Counted from the first letter of the stretch, positions 15,469 to 23,192 are shown. The stretch is DNA of 29,072 nucleotides from Candidatus Nitrosotenuis sp. (GCA_036396715.1 DASWKH010000061.1:1-29072); one strand, 5' to 3'. Notes: generated from the letters alone by a model not told the origin. A program made the numbers and translations.

Positions 15469-16707
15469 CTACCACTCGCTAAAGCTCGTGGCTTCCTGCT
15501 TCCTTGATCTCGATATGATCTCCACAGGCGTAACTTCCCGCAATTCCTGCGGTAATTTGATATTGAAAATATCTACTAATCCATTTTTCAAAATATTGAT
15601 GCTTGCGTTATGGTCCCTGTCCAGCACCAAGCCGCACACATCGCACTTATGCGTTCGAACTGCAAGGGTTTTTGGCACCATGTTGCTGCATCTAGAACAA
15701 TTTATGGTAGTGTTTCTTGCCGGAACCTCGACTACCATTGTTTTATAGTACAGCATATTTGTGAAGGTTCCCCATCCAGAATCCAAGATATTTCTAGCCA
15801 GTTTGTGGTTTTTTACCATATTCAGTTTTTGTAGCCTTTCCAGAAATACCACGTCATATTTTTTTGCATATTGTGTTGAGATTTTGTGCAGAAAATCCTT
15901 TCTTTTGTTTTTGATTCTTTCATGAATTATCTGGTAGAATCTGGTTGCCTTCTTTCTGTTTTGTGAACCTTTTTGCCTTCTTGATATCTTTCTCTGGATT
16001 CTGCGCAATGGTTTTAGCATTTTGGAATAGTTCAGAGGATTTGGAGTCACAAATCCATCAGAATCGTATACGAAATTTTTGATGCCTACATCTATTCCAA
16101 CTGATTTTCGAAGTGATATTTTTGGAATTACTGCATCAATGTCTACTGTGATACAGGCATGCCATCTGCCTGACTTTGATTTTGATACTGTGATCTGTTT
16201 GATGATGTGATTTTCTGGAATGGTTCGGTGTTCAACGATCTTGATTTTGCCTATTTTTGACAAATGTAAAAAATCGTCTTTGATTTCAAATCCTGACTGG
16301 TTGTATGTGAAGGTACGGTATTCTAAGAATCTGGCAAATTTGAGTGAACCTGTCTTGTGGCCGTTTTTTCTTAGCTGGACTAGTGCTTTTTGTGCGCCGT
16401 CGACCTGTGCTGATATCGTCTGCAGCATCTTGGAGTGATGTGAATACAACCACGATTCGGATTCTTTTAGTTCTGTCAGAAAATAGTTGAGATCGTTTCG
16501 GCTCTGGAATCCCTCGGAGTGGATTTTTTCCACCATAGTATTATAGACCCACCTGCAGGTGCCAAGTGTATGATGTAGTTGTTTTATTTGGGTATGATTT
16601 GGATACAGACGAAACTTGAAGGTCTTTTGCAATAATTGTTGTATGGTTTTTTGTCTAAAAACAGTTCTGATCCGATCCAAGCTGAGCTGTGGTGTACTCG
16701 CTTTCAT
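15469..16707 (-). CDS. tnpB: TnpB (IS200/IS605 OrfB) RNA-guided endonuclease-like protein, catalytic residues intact
   Basis: 412-aa ORF. The N-terminal FKFRLYPN...Q...L....G..RWVYN is present. RuvC-I is GIDVGIKNF (D206) and RuvC-II is VVFLERL (E290). The zinc finger is CSRC-x14-CDVC and RuvC-III is DRDHNASINI (D365). Confidence 0.9.
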   Translation of the reverse strand: MKASTPQLSLDRIRTVFRQKTIQQLLQKTFKFRLYPNHTQIKQLHHTLGTCRWVYNTMVEKIHSEGFQSRNDLNYFLTELKESESWLYSHHSKMLQTISAQVDGAQKALVQLRKNGHKTGSLKFARFLEYRTFTYNQSGFEIKDDFLHLSKIGKIKIVEHRTIPENHIIKQITVSKSKSGRWHACITVDIDAVIPKISLRKSVGIDVGIKNFVYDSDGFVTPNPLNYSKMLKPLRRIQRKISRRQKGSQNRKKATRFYQIIHERIKNKRKDFLHKISTQYAKKYDVVFLERLQKLNMVKNHKLARNILDSGWGTFTNMLYYKTMVVEVPARNTTINCSRCSNMVPKTLAVRTHKCDVCGLVLDRDHNASINILKNGLVDIFNIKLPQELREVTPVEIISRSRKQEATSFSEW

Positions 16708-16740
16708 TCCAGCCTTGAAGGGCTTGCGATTTCCCGCTCG

Positions 16741-16750
16741 TATTTATAAG
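16741..16750. promoter_or_regulatory. Shared near-palindromic TATA box (tatttataag) between divergent tnpB and the DUF151 gene
   Basis: It lies 24 nt upstream of GTG 16774 on the plus strand and about 33 nt upstream of the tnpB ATG (16707) on the minus strand. It is the only TATA-like element in the 66-nt gap. Confidence 0.35.
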
Positions 16751-16773
16751 AAATCAAATCCATAGAAAATATA

Positions 16774-17199
16774 GTGAACATAAACCAAAAGGAGGAGCCA
16801 GACTATGCTACTTCAAAAATTGCATATGTTGGTTTTATCGATCCATATGCACTAGAAGGAATAATCGTCCTACAGTCAGATGACAAAAAAGAGTTTCACA
16901 TGAGGGCTTTTTCTGGCGAGGTCGCACGGCACATCAAAAGCTTTGTTGAGGGAAAACGCGACACCCTTCCAACCATTTACAATCTAATTGAGCAGCTGTG
17001 CGAAGAAAACGAACTATATCTAGTCAAAGTAAAAGTGTATGAGAGTGGAAGCGTACTGCGTGCAAATCTGTACTTTACTGGCAAAAAGGACCTTGTCTTG
17101 CGAAACTATAGGGCGTCTGACGCAGTGGCACTAGGCTCATTTTACAACATTCCTATTTTGGTAAGAAAGTCACTGCTAAAAGAAAGGGTCGAAGCCTAG
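16774..17199 (+). CDS. Bifunctional nuclease (BFN / DUF151) family protein
   Basis: 141-aa ORF (GTG start). The C-terminal RASDAVALGSFYNIPILV matches the conserved RPSDAIALA....PI.V signature of DUF151, and the N-terminal beta-strand pattern fits. Confidence 0.6.
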   Translation: MNINQKEEPDYATSKIAYVGFIDPYALEGIIVLQSDDKKEFHMRAFSGEVARHIKSFVEGKRDTLPTIYNLIEQLCEENELYLVKVKVYESGSVLRANLYFTGKKDLVLRNYRASDAVALGSFYNIPILVRKSLLKERVEA

Positions 17200-18287
17200 C
17201 TTAGTACTTCGGCAAGGCGGCCTTGTTCTTGTGCTGACTTGAGCTCCATTGCTATTCTCCTACCAACCCCAAATGTCTGGCCGTATTGGTATTTTGTGTA
17301 TGGTGAGGTGGTAGCGACAATTGGGTTTCCTGGGACTCGCAGCGACACATCATACACTACTAGATCCAAGTCTTTTGTTATCACGCTTTGAAGTGAGAAA
17401 GGCCCGATAATTCCAGGCGGATAGACTTTTTTGACGCCAGCAACAAACTTGTCACCCATAGCTATTACTTTTTCAAGTAGTGATTCGCGGATGCTTGCAG
17501 GCGTGTGGCCTACTTCGATGTTTTGTATGTCGATATCTATGTCGAGCTGCTGTCTTGCGGGGATTGCGTTATAGTCGTGCAGGTTTGTCTGGAGTCGCCT
17601 TTCAATTCCGATAAAGTCAACTTGATCTGAAATGGGTGTGTGAAAATAATTAAAGTTCATGTAGGTGCCAATTACCAATTCTTCAATACTTGCTGCCTTT
17701 AGATCTTCTTTTCTGATGATTCCCTTTTTGATTCGGTCTTGGGATTTTTTGAGAAAATCATCATACGATGAAGCCGTAAAAAACGCACGCTCCAACCTTC
17801 TTGCTTTTTCTTGCACTTTGACAATTACAGGCCTGTCTATTTTGCGGGGATTTTTGAAAAGCTTTGGGTGTCGGATTTTTGATTTTTCTAGAAGATAGTA
17901 CTGGTTCTTTGCAAAACTGCGCTCTTCTGCTTGAAATAATGCCCTGTTGCCAAAAATTGGTACTTTGAACTTGTTTTCTATGGTATCGTATCCCAAATAT
18001 GCTGTGAGTGCACGATGGGGGACAATTATCGTGTTTGTGTCCCTGAATAGTTTTTGCATCTTGGCAGATGCCATGTCTTTGAAATTGTTTACCATGATTA
18101 TCTCGTCTGCAATTCTTTTGAATCTTCGATATGGAACATCACGTCCCTTCTGACAGATTACGACTGTCTGAATTCCCTCATCTTTTGCACCATCCATGAT
18201 TTCAAGAGCGGAATGACTTCCAAGAACGCCAATTCTAAAATCGGAATAATTATTGGCGATTTTTTGAATCTCAGATGGCCTTATCAT
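17196..18287 (-). CDS. purP: 5-formaminoimidazole-4-carboxamide ribonucleotide (FAICAR) synthetase PurP
   Basis: 363-aa ORF with the archaeal PurP N-terminus IGVLGSHSALEIMDGAKDEGIQTVVI and ATP-grasp-like remainder. A TATA-like taatataattaaag (18312-18325) lies 24 nt upstream of the ATG. Confidence 0.85.
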   Translation of the reverse strand: MIRPSEIQKIANNYSDFRIGVLGSHSALEIMDGAKDEGIQTVVICQKGRDVPYRRFKRIADEIIMVNNFKDMASAKMQKLFRDTNTIIVPHRALTAYLGYDTIENKFKVPIFGNRALFQAEERSFAKNQYYLLEKSKIRHPKLFKNPRKIDRPVIVKVQEKARRLERAFFTASSYDDFLKKSQDRIKKGIIRKEDLKAASIEELVIGTYMNFNYFHTPISDQVDFIGIERRLQTNLHDYNAIPARQQLDIDIDIQNIEVGHTPASIRESLLEKVIAMGDKFVAGVKKVYPPGIIGPFSLQSVITKDLDLVVYDVSLRVPGNPIVATTSPYTKYQYGQTFGVGRRIAMELKSAQEQGRLAEVLS

Positions 18288-18311
18288 CTACAATTTGACT
18301 GCAAGGCATGG

Positions 18312-18325
18312 TAATATAATTAAAG
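18312..18325 (-). promoter_or_regulatory. TATA-like box for purP
   Basis: The minus strand reads ctttaattatatta, followed by 24 nt and then ATG (18287). Confidence 0.3.
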
Positions 18326-18652
18326 ACACACGATATCTTAAAAACCGCCGCTAAATTCTAAAATTTTGGAGGACCAGATGATCCATTTGCCAAATCCATA
18401 GTTAGTATGGCAAAAATCAAATATCTGTAGTTCTTGAGTTAACGCCAGATTTTTTTAACAGGGGATTTTTCCAGGATGTGATCTACGAAAATTATTCGAT
18501 CATTTCATATTGATTGTAAAAAATTTAGTGCTTTACTATGATAAATGAAAATACTAGAAAGAAATTAATTTCTATATAGTATATGTGGTTTTACCTAAAG
18601 TCCATAATCTATGGTGGAATTACAGAAATAACTTCGATAAACAGGTCAGAAT

Positions 18653-20149
18653 ATGAAAATCTTGGCAGCAACACTAATGACAGTTTTAATTGCATCTGTT
18701 TTTTCTCAAGTTGCAATCGCACAAAACCAGTTTACGATTACTGGAGCAGGTGCGACATTTCCGTTTCCACTACTCGATTTGTGGCGTGTAAAATACAACG
18801 AGGCCCACCCAAACATAAACATGAATTACCAATCTATTGGTAGCGGTGGCGGAGTAAAACAACATGTTGAATTAACAGTCAATTTTGCAGCCTCCGATGC
18901 GCCACTAACTGACGGTGAAATGGAACTTGCACCAGACTCGTTAACTATTCCAGAAGCAATAGGAGGAATCACTGTAACATACAATATACCAGAAATTCCA
19001 CAAAGTGGACTAAAACTTACAGGCCAACAGGTTGCAGATATTTTTCAGGGTAAAATAACAAAATGGAATGATGCACAAATTCAGCAAACCAACCCAGACC
19101 TACCTCTACCAGATGAAAGTATTCTTGTGGCACACCGCTCAGACGGTTCTGGTACCACATACGCCTTTACTGAATACCTCACTATGGTGAGTCAAGATTG
19201 GGATGATCAAGTTGGCTTTGGCAAAAGTGTTCCTTGGCCGGCAGGAGTTGGGGCAGCTGGAAATGAAGGCGTTGCCACCACAGTAAGAACATCCCCATAC
19301 TCGATAGGATATGTGGAGTTGGCATATGCATTCCAAAATAACATGGCAGTTGCATTCGTTCAAAACGCCGATGGGACTGCATTTGTAGAGCCTACATTTG
19401 ATACTTTGTCTGCTGCTGCCGCCGGTGCTGCAGCAGGATTGCCTGCAGCCCACGAACATTGGCAAGAAGTCAGCATTAACAACTCGCCCGGACCAAATTC
19501 ATATCCAATTGTAAGTTTCACATACATACTCTTACACCAAAACTTGGAGGCTGCTACACCAAGTAAGGCACATGCACAAGAAACAGTCAATCTTATAAAA
19601 TGGATGATAACTGAAGGTCAGAAATATAATCCTGAATTACTGTATGTTCCAATCCCAGCTGAAGTAACACAACTCGGTTTGGATGGCTTGGACAGAGTCA
19701 CATACAATGGCCAACCACTTTTTGCAGAGGCAGCAATGGAACAACCGCAAGATACACAGGATGCTGAAGGTGGTGGATGCTTAATTGCAACAGCGGCGTA
19801 TGGCTCTGAGATGGCATCACAGGTGCAACTACTTAGAGAAGTTCGAGACAACGTACTGTTCAGCACGACTTCTGGAGCAAACTTCATGACTAGCTTTAAC
19901 TCGATCTACTACTCATTTAGCCCAACTGTTGCAGACTGGGAACGAAACAACCCGGCATTCAAAGAAGTAGTAAAGACTGCAATCACTCCAATGCTTTCGA
20001 CTCTGTCAATACTCAACTATGTAGATATTGACTCTGAGCAAGAAATGCTTGGTTATGGAGTGGGAATAATCTTGCTTAACTTGGGAATGTACTTTGTAGC
20101 CCCAGCAATTGTAATTGTGAAGCTACGATCAAAATTTAATTCAAAATAA
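18653..20149 (+). CDS. pstS: Phosphate-binding protein PstS fused to a C-terminal CLIATA-type anchor module
   Basis: Signal peptide MKILAATLMTVLIASVFSQVAIA|Q. PstS motifs are present: GAGATFPFPL, YQSIGSGGGVKQ, AASDAPLT, HRSDGSGTT. After an acidic/Gly linker, the last ~123 aa are homologous to the C-terminus of the FN3 protein. Confidence 0.85.
   Translation: MKILAATLMTVLIASVFSQVAIAQNQFTITGAGATFPFPLLDLWRVKYNEAHPNINMNYQSIGSGGGVKQHVELTVNFAASDAPLTDGEMELAPDSLTIPEAIGGITVTYNIPEIPQSGLKLTGQQVADIFQGKITKWNDAQIQQTNPDLPLPDESILVAHRSDGSGTTYAFTEYLTMVSQDWDDQVGFGKSVPWPAGVGAAGNEGVATTVRTSPYSIGYVELAYAFQNNMAVAFVQNADGTAFVEPTFDTLSAAAAGAAAGLPAAHEHWQEVSINNSPGPNSYPIVSFTYILLHQNLEAATPSKAHAQETVNLIKWMITEGQKYNPELLYVPIPAEVTQLGLDGLDRVTYNGQPLFAEAAMEQPQDTQDAEGGGCLIATAAYGSEMASQVQLLREVRDNVLFSTTSGANFMTSFNSIYYSFSPTVADWERNNPAFKEVVKTAITPMLSTLSILNYVDIDSEQEMLGYGVGIILLNLGMYFVAPAIVIVKLRSKFNSK
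19778..20149 (+). other. C-terminal GCLIATAAYG...TM anchor module, copy 2 (aa 376-498 of the PstS protein)
   Basis: CLIATAAYGSEMASQVQLLREVRDN...YYSFSPTVADWERNNPAFKEVVKTAITPMLSTLSILN...LGYGVGIILLNLGMYFVAPAIVIV + KLRSKFNSK. The protein-level match to 5130-5513 is strong, while the DNA has diverged at many synonymous sites. Confidence 0.8.
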
Positions 20150-20332
20150 GAGATTAGTCCTTAGAAATGGGATTCTTAAAAGTAGTGAGTTTGTTCTAAT
20201 TTAGGGGAAAAAATTCTATATTGTATCCCAAAAGAATCTTGATTTAAGTTATAACTAGCCATTAATTATGAATGGTGAGCTCAACTGGTCCATGAATATA
20301 GAGACAGAATTTACATCAGAAAGGATATCCTA

Positions 20333-20581
20333 TTGAAACTTTACGAGCATGGTGAGCTCAACCAGAGCAAATTGATGAGTTACTGCGGCCTAAATAATGT
20401 AAAACACAAAGGAATCTTGGATGATATGGTTAAAAAAGAAATGATAGTTAGGACAGAAGAGCCTTGGGGAAACAAGAACATCATAAAATACAAAATATCA
20501 GACAAAGGAAAAGGAATTCTTGACGAAGTTCTTGGACCATATGAGGAATTATTCCCAAGGGGAGGAAAAGAAGATGAGTAA
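20333..20581 (+). CDS. Small archaeal winged-helix DNA-binding protein (HTH_45-like); N-terminus uncertain
   Basis: The ORF is open from 20279. The sequence YRDRIYIRKDILLKLYEHGELNQSKLMSYCGL...KYKISDKGKGILDEVLGPYEEL fits the ~85-aa archaeal wHTH pattern (R.R..I..DIL....G....I......S......L..L...G.I.......Y..T.KG...L). The track start is TTG 20333, but conserved-looking residues lie upstream of it. Confidence 0.6.
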   Translation: MKLYEHGELNQSKLMSYCGLNNVKHKGILDDMVKKEMIVRTEEPWGNKNIIKYKISDKGKGILDEVLGPYEELFPRGGKEDE

Positions 20582-20629
20582 CAAAGTTACTACTGTGTTT
20601 TTAAGCAAAAGTCAGGAGGGTACTCAGTC

Positions 20630-21025
20630 ATGACGGATTCCGAAAAAAACGGCAGTAATATCTTCAAAACAATGGATGAGATCATCTTTCAGCTAAACAG
20701 GACAAAAAAAATGTTCATAATAATGATTCTTACTGTTATGATTATTCCGCCAATTACGTTCTTGATTTTTACTGCAATATATGATCCTCCTTTTGAGTCG
20801 CAAGAAAAAACAGAGCATGATGGATCAAAACCAAAATTCACAATATTTCGGGTTATTCCGCTAATAATATCTGCAGTCTGGCTTGGAATCGGAATAAGGC
20901 AGTGGATAGTTCTTTCCAAATGGACCAAAAAATATGACCGATACAAGGAACTGCAAGAAAAAATTGACAAGAAATTAGACGATGATGAAGAAAAAGACGA
21001 CGAAAAAGATTCCTCTAGTCGATAG
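20630..21025 (+). CDS. Hypothetical membrane protein with two TM segments and an acidic C-terminal tail (131 aa)
   Basis: ATG preceded by GGAGGG 12-17 nt upstream (Shine-Dalgarno-like). Hydrophobic segments are MFIIMILTVMIIPPITFLIFTAIY and VIPLIISAVWLGIGI. The tail is DDDEEKDDEKD. Confidence 0.55.
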   Translation: MTDSEKNGSNIFKTMDEIIFQLNRTKKMFIIMILTVMIIPPITFLIFTAIYDPPFESQEKTEHDGSKPKFTIFRVIPLIISAVWLGIGIRQWIVLSKWTKKYDRYKELQEKIDKKLDDDEEKDDEKDSSSR

Positions 21026-21062
21026 TATTTACACCGTGCGTAGCACTTATCATTAGGTAATA

Positions 21063-21860
21063 ATGTTACCTAATGCTTTATTTGGAGAGCCATATACGCT
21101 ACGTGGGATGAACCAGGGAAAGATACGGGACTTTAGAACACATGTTTTTAGTTTTACCCTGCTTGGCATTATTGTATCGTTTGCACTAGTTCTATTCTCA
21201 CCATCACAAGCCTTGGCACAAGAGGTGCAAGTAACTAAAATAAATTCCGATTTTACTGTCGTTGCAGGAGAAGAGATAAAGAAAAACCCAACTGCGATTC
21301 AAATTCTTCAAAACATTGAGATTGCTAAAAAAAGACTAGCGGAAATGCAGAATGTAGAAAAACAGAAAACCGAACGTGAGAAATTCATTGATGAACAACG
21401 CCGAATTGCCAAAGAATTATTGGAAAAGGATCTTAACAGGATGAATAAAGATTACGAAGATTATACGCCAAAAAATGCATTTGCTAGATTCGTTTCAGGA
21501 TTTAATTCAACTCATCATGCGATATACTGGGATCAATTTGAGTACATGAACCAAAAAATCAAAATTGCAACTCAGGCAAAACAAACAGTGTTGGCAAACG
21601 GCGGCTCGTACGTGGAGGCCCAAGCAGAATTTATCAAGTATGCATCAATGCCACGAGTTGAGATGATAAGCTTTGTTTCGGATTTGAACATAAAGTATGG
21701 ATTCACTGATGCAGCATTACAACAATACTTTGATGAGAATGGAAAACTACCCAGATATGAAAATGATGATGTTGCTGTTTGTTATGCATGTGACAAGTAT
21801 GAGCAGGTCAAAGTGGAAATGCTTGCAGAACATGAGAGTTCTAAAAACGAATCAACCTAA
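21063..21860 (+). CDS. Hypothetical signal-anchored/secreted protein with a coiled-coil-like segment (265 aa; start may be ATG 21108)
   Basis: Hydrophobic segment FSFTLLGIIVSFALVLFSPSQALA|QE. A Lys/Glu-rich helical stretch follows. No recognised family. Confidence 0.55.
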   Translation: MLPNALFGEPYTLRGMNQGKIRDFRTHVFSFTLLGIIVSFALVLFSPSQALAQEVQVTKINSDFTVVAGEEIKKNPTAIQILQNIEIAKKRLAEMQNVEKQKTEREKFIDEQRRIAKELLEKDLNRMNKDYEDYTPKNAFARFVSGFNSTHHAIYWDQFEYMNQKIKIATQAKQTVLANGGSYVEAQAEFIKYASMPRVEMISFVSDLNIKYGFTDAALQQYFDENGKLPRYENDDVAVCYACDKYEQVKVEMLAEHESSKNEST

Positions 21861-21953
21861 ACAAAACATTTTGCTAAAATTTCAAGTCGTATTTTCGTAT
21901 AGCTAGACATGTTTTATAACAATCAATAATGCTGTGCTATTCAATTCTTGCAG

Positions 21954-21964
21954 CTTAAAATAAT
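21954..21964 (+). promoter_or_regulatory. TATA-like box (cttaaaataat) 21 nt upstream of the ubiX ATG
   Basis: Spacing typical for this window. Confidence 0.3.
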
Positions 21965-21984
21965 CAGGCATTTCTACTAGTGTT

Positions 21985-22542
21985 ATGAGACTGGTGATTG
22001 GAATGACGGGAAGCACCGGTGTAGTTTACGGTGTTCGTGCACTCGAGGTCCTAAAAGAATGCAAAATTGAAACGCACCTAGTAATAACAGAATGGGCAAA
22101 AAAATGCCTTGCAATGGAGACTGACTACAAGTTTGACGATGTAAAATCGCTTGCGACAAGTTATTCTGATGATTCAAACCTCGCATCTGGGATATCGAGC
22201 GGCACCTACAAGACAGACGGTATGATTGTGATTCCATGTAGCATGAAGACACTATCTAGTATCGCAAACGGATACGACGAAACCCTTGTGGCAAGAGCAG
22301 CAGGTGTCACACTAAAGGAATCAAGAAGGCTGGTCCTGGTTCCAAGAGAGACGCCGCTAACTGCCATAAACTTGGAAAACATGCTCAAGCTAGCAAGGCT
22401 TGGAGTTGTGATTTTGCCACCAGTTCCGGGATTTTACACCAGACCAAAATCAATCGAACAAATCATTGACCACACGGTAGGAAAATGTCTTGACCAGTTT
22501 GACATTGAACATAATTTATACAAACGGTGGGGGGGAACCTAA
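21985..22542 (+). CDS. ubiX: Flavin prenyltransferase UbiX (prenyl-FMN synthase)
   Basis: 185-aa ORF: MRLVIGMTGSTGVVYGVRALEVLK, IPCSMKTLSSIANGYDETLVARAAGVTLKESRRLVLVPRETPL, which is the classic UbiX/Pad1 signature. Confidence 0.9.
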   Translation: MRLVIGMTGSTGVVYGVRALEVLKECKIETHLVITEWAKKCLAMETDYKFDDVKSLATSYSDDSNLASGISSGTYKTDGMIVIPCSMKTLSSIANGYDETLVARAAGVTLKESRRLVLVPRETPLTAINLENMLKLARLGVVILPPVPGFYTRPKSIEQIIDHTVGKCLDQFDIEHNLYKRWGGT

Positions 22543-22548
22543 TCTGTA

Positions 22549-22980
22549 TTGCTAAGGTTCAGACTAGAAAAAATAATCAAAGCAGAAAGGCAACACGTTT
22601 TTGATATTGTGGCAAACTATGAGAATTTTGAGAAAATTCTACCACAATATTTCCCATCAATTCGAATACGATCAGTTAGGGACAATACTGCTATAGTTGA
22701 AGAACATCTAAGGCTTGGGAGCAGAGAACTAGTCATGATGACTAAACATGTCACGAAATATCCTGATGTTCATGAAGTCTTTGTAGTTGGTGGGGATGCA
22801 AAGGGCAGCCACTTTGTTGAAAAATACGAAAAAATTCCTGAGGGAACAAAAATGACAGTTGACGTCAATATCAAGCTAAAAGGGATAATGGTAATAGTTG
22901 GTGCTTTGGGTAAACATAAGATATCTTCGGAGTTTGGCAAAATAATTGACGAGTTTGCAAAAATTGCTGAAAAATCCTAG
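22549..22980 (+). CDS. SRPBCC (START/polyketide cyclase-like) ligand-binding protein
   Basis: 143-aa ORF (TTG start) 7 nt after ubiX. The N-terminal pattern I.A....VFDIVANYENFEKILPQY is typical of SRPBCC family proteins. Assignment is by pattern only. Confidence 0.55.
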   Translation: MLRFRLEKIIKAERQHVFDIVANYENFEKILPQYFPSIRIRSVRDNTAIVEEHLRLGSRELVMMTKHVTKYPDVHEVFVVGGDAKGSHFVEKYEKIPEGTKMTVDVNIKLKGIMVIVGALGKHKISSEFGKIIDEFAKIAEKS

Positions 22981-23171
22981 TCTTTGTTCTCTTTGAGGTC
23001 TTTGAGTTCTTTTTCGGCCTCAACTTTACCTTTTTCGTATTCCATTCTTGATTTGCCTAGCGTTCTTGCAAGCTCTGGAATCTTTTTTGCACCAAATATC
23101 AGGATGCCTGCTATTATTATGATGAAGATCCATTCTTGGCCTGCAATAAAATTGGCAATGTTTCCGAGCAT
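22977..23171 (-). CDS. tatA: Twin-arginine translocase subunit TatA/E
   Basis: 64-aa ORF: an N-terminal TM helix followed by FGAKKIPELARTLGKS, an amphipathic helix, and a charged tail. Confidence 0.85.
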   Translation of the reverse strand: MLGNIANFIAGQEWIFIIIIAGILIFGAKKIPELARTLGKSRMEYEKGKVEAEKELKDLKENKD

Positions 23172-23192
23172 TTCTGGTTAATCACTAGTATG

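Larger units (their letters stand above)
15433..16773 (-). mobile_element. IS200/IS605-family TnpB-only element (IS1341-like); ends not mapped
   Basis: It contains only tnpB, with no Y1 transposase (tnpA) in the window. The coordinates given are simply the maximal span between the flanking ORFs. True left and right ends and terminal hairpins could not be defined by eye. Confidence 0.4.

Noticed and set aside
15464-16438. Plus-strand ORFs 15464..15748, 15610..15834 and 16220..16438.
   Set aside because: They are antisense to tnpB, whose frame carries the full RuvC/zinc-finger signature. The antisense products have no recognisable features.
16709-16726. Weak hairpin (ccagcc-ttgaag-ggcttg) just upstream of the tnpB ATG, and a TTGAT pentamer nearby on the minus strand. 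These were considered as an IS200/IS605 left-end hairpin and TAM.
   Set aside because: The stem is only 4-5 bp with a mismatch, and the pentamer is expected by chance. The ends cannot be called without additional copies.
18386-18414. 7-bp inverted repeat tttgcca...tggcaaa in the purP/pstS divergent region, considered as a Pho-type operator.
   Set aside because: It is short, has a 15-nt spacer, and is expected by chance in AT-rich DNA. There is no second copy in the window.
19139-19887. Minus-strand ORFs within pstS (19139..19465, 19182..19382, 19360..19590, 19618..19887).
   Set aside because: They are antisense to a well-supported PstS coding frame. They are Cys/Ser-rich with low-complexity translations.
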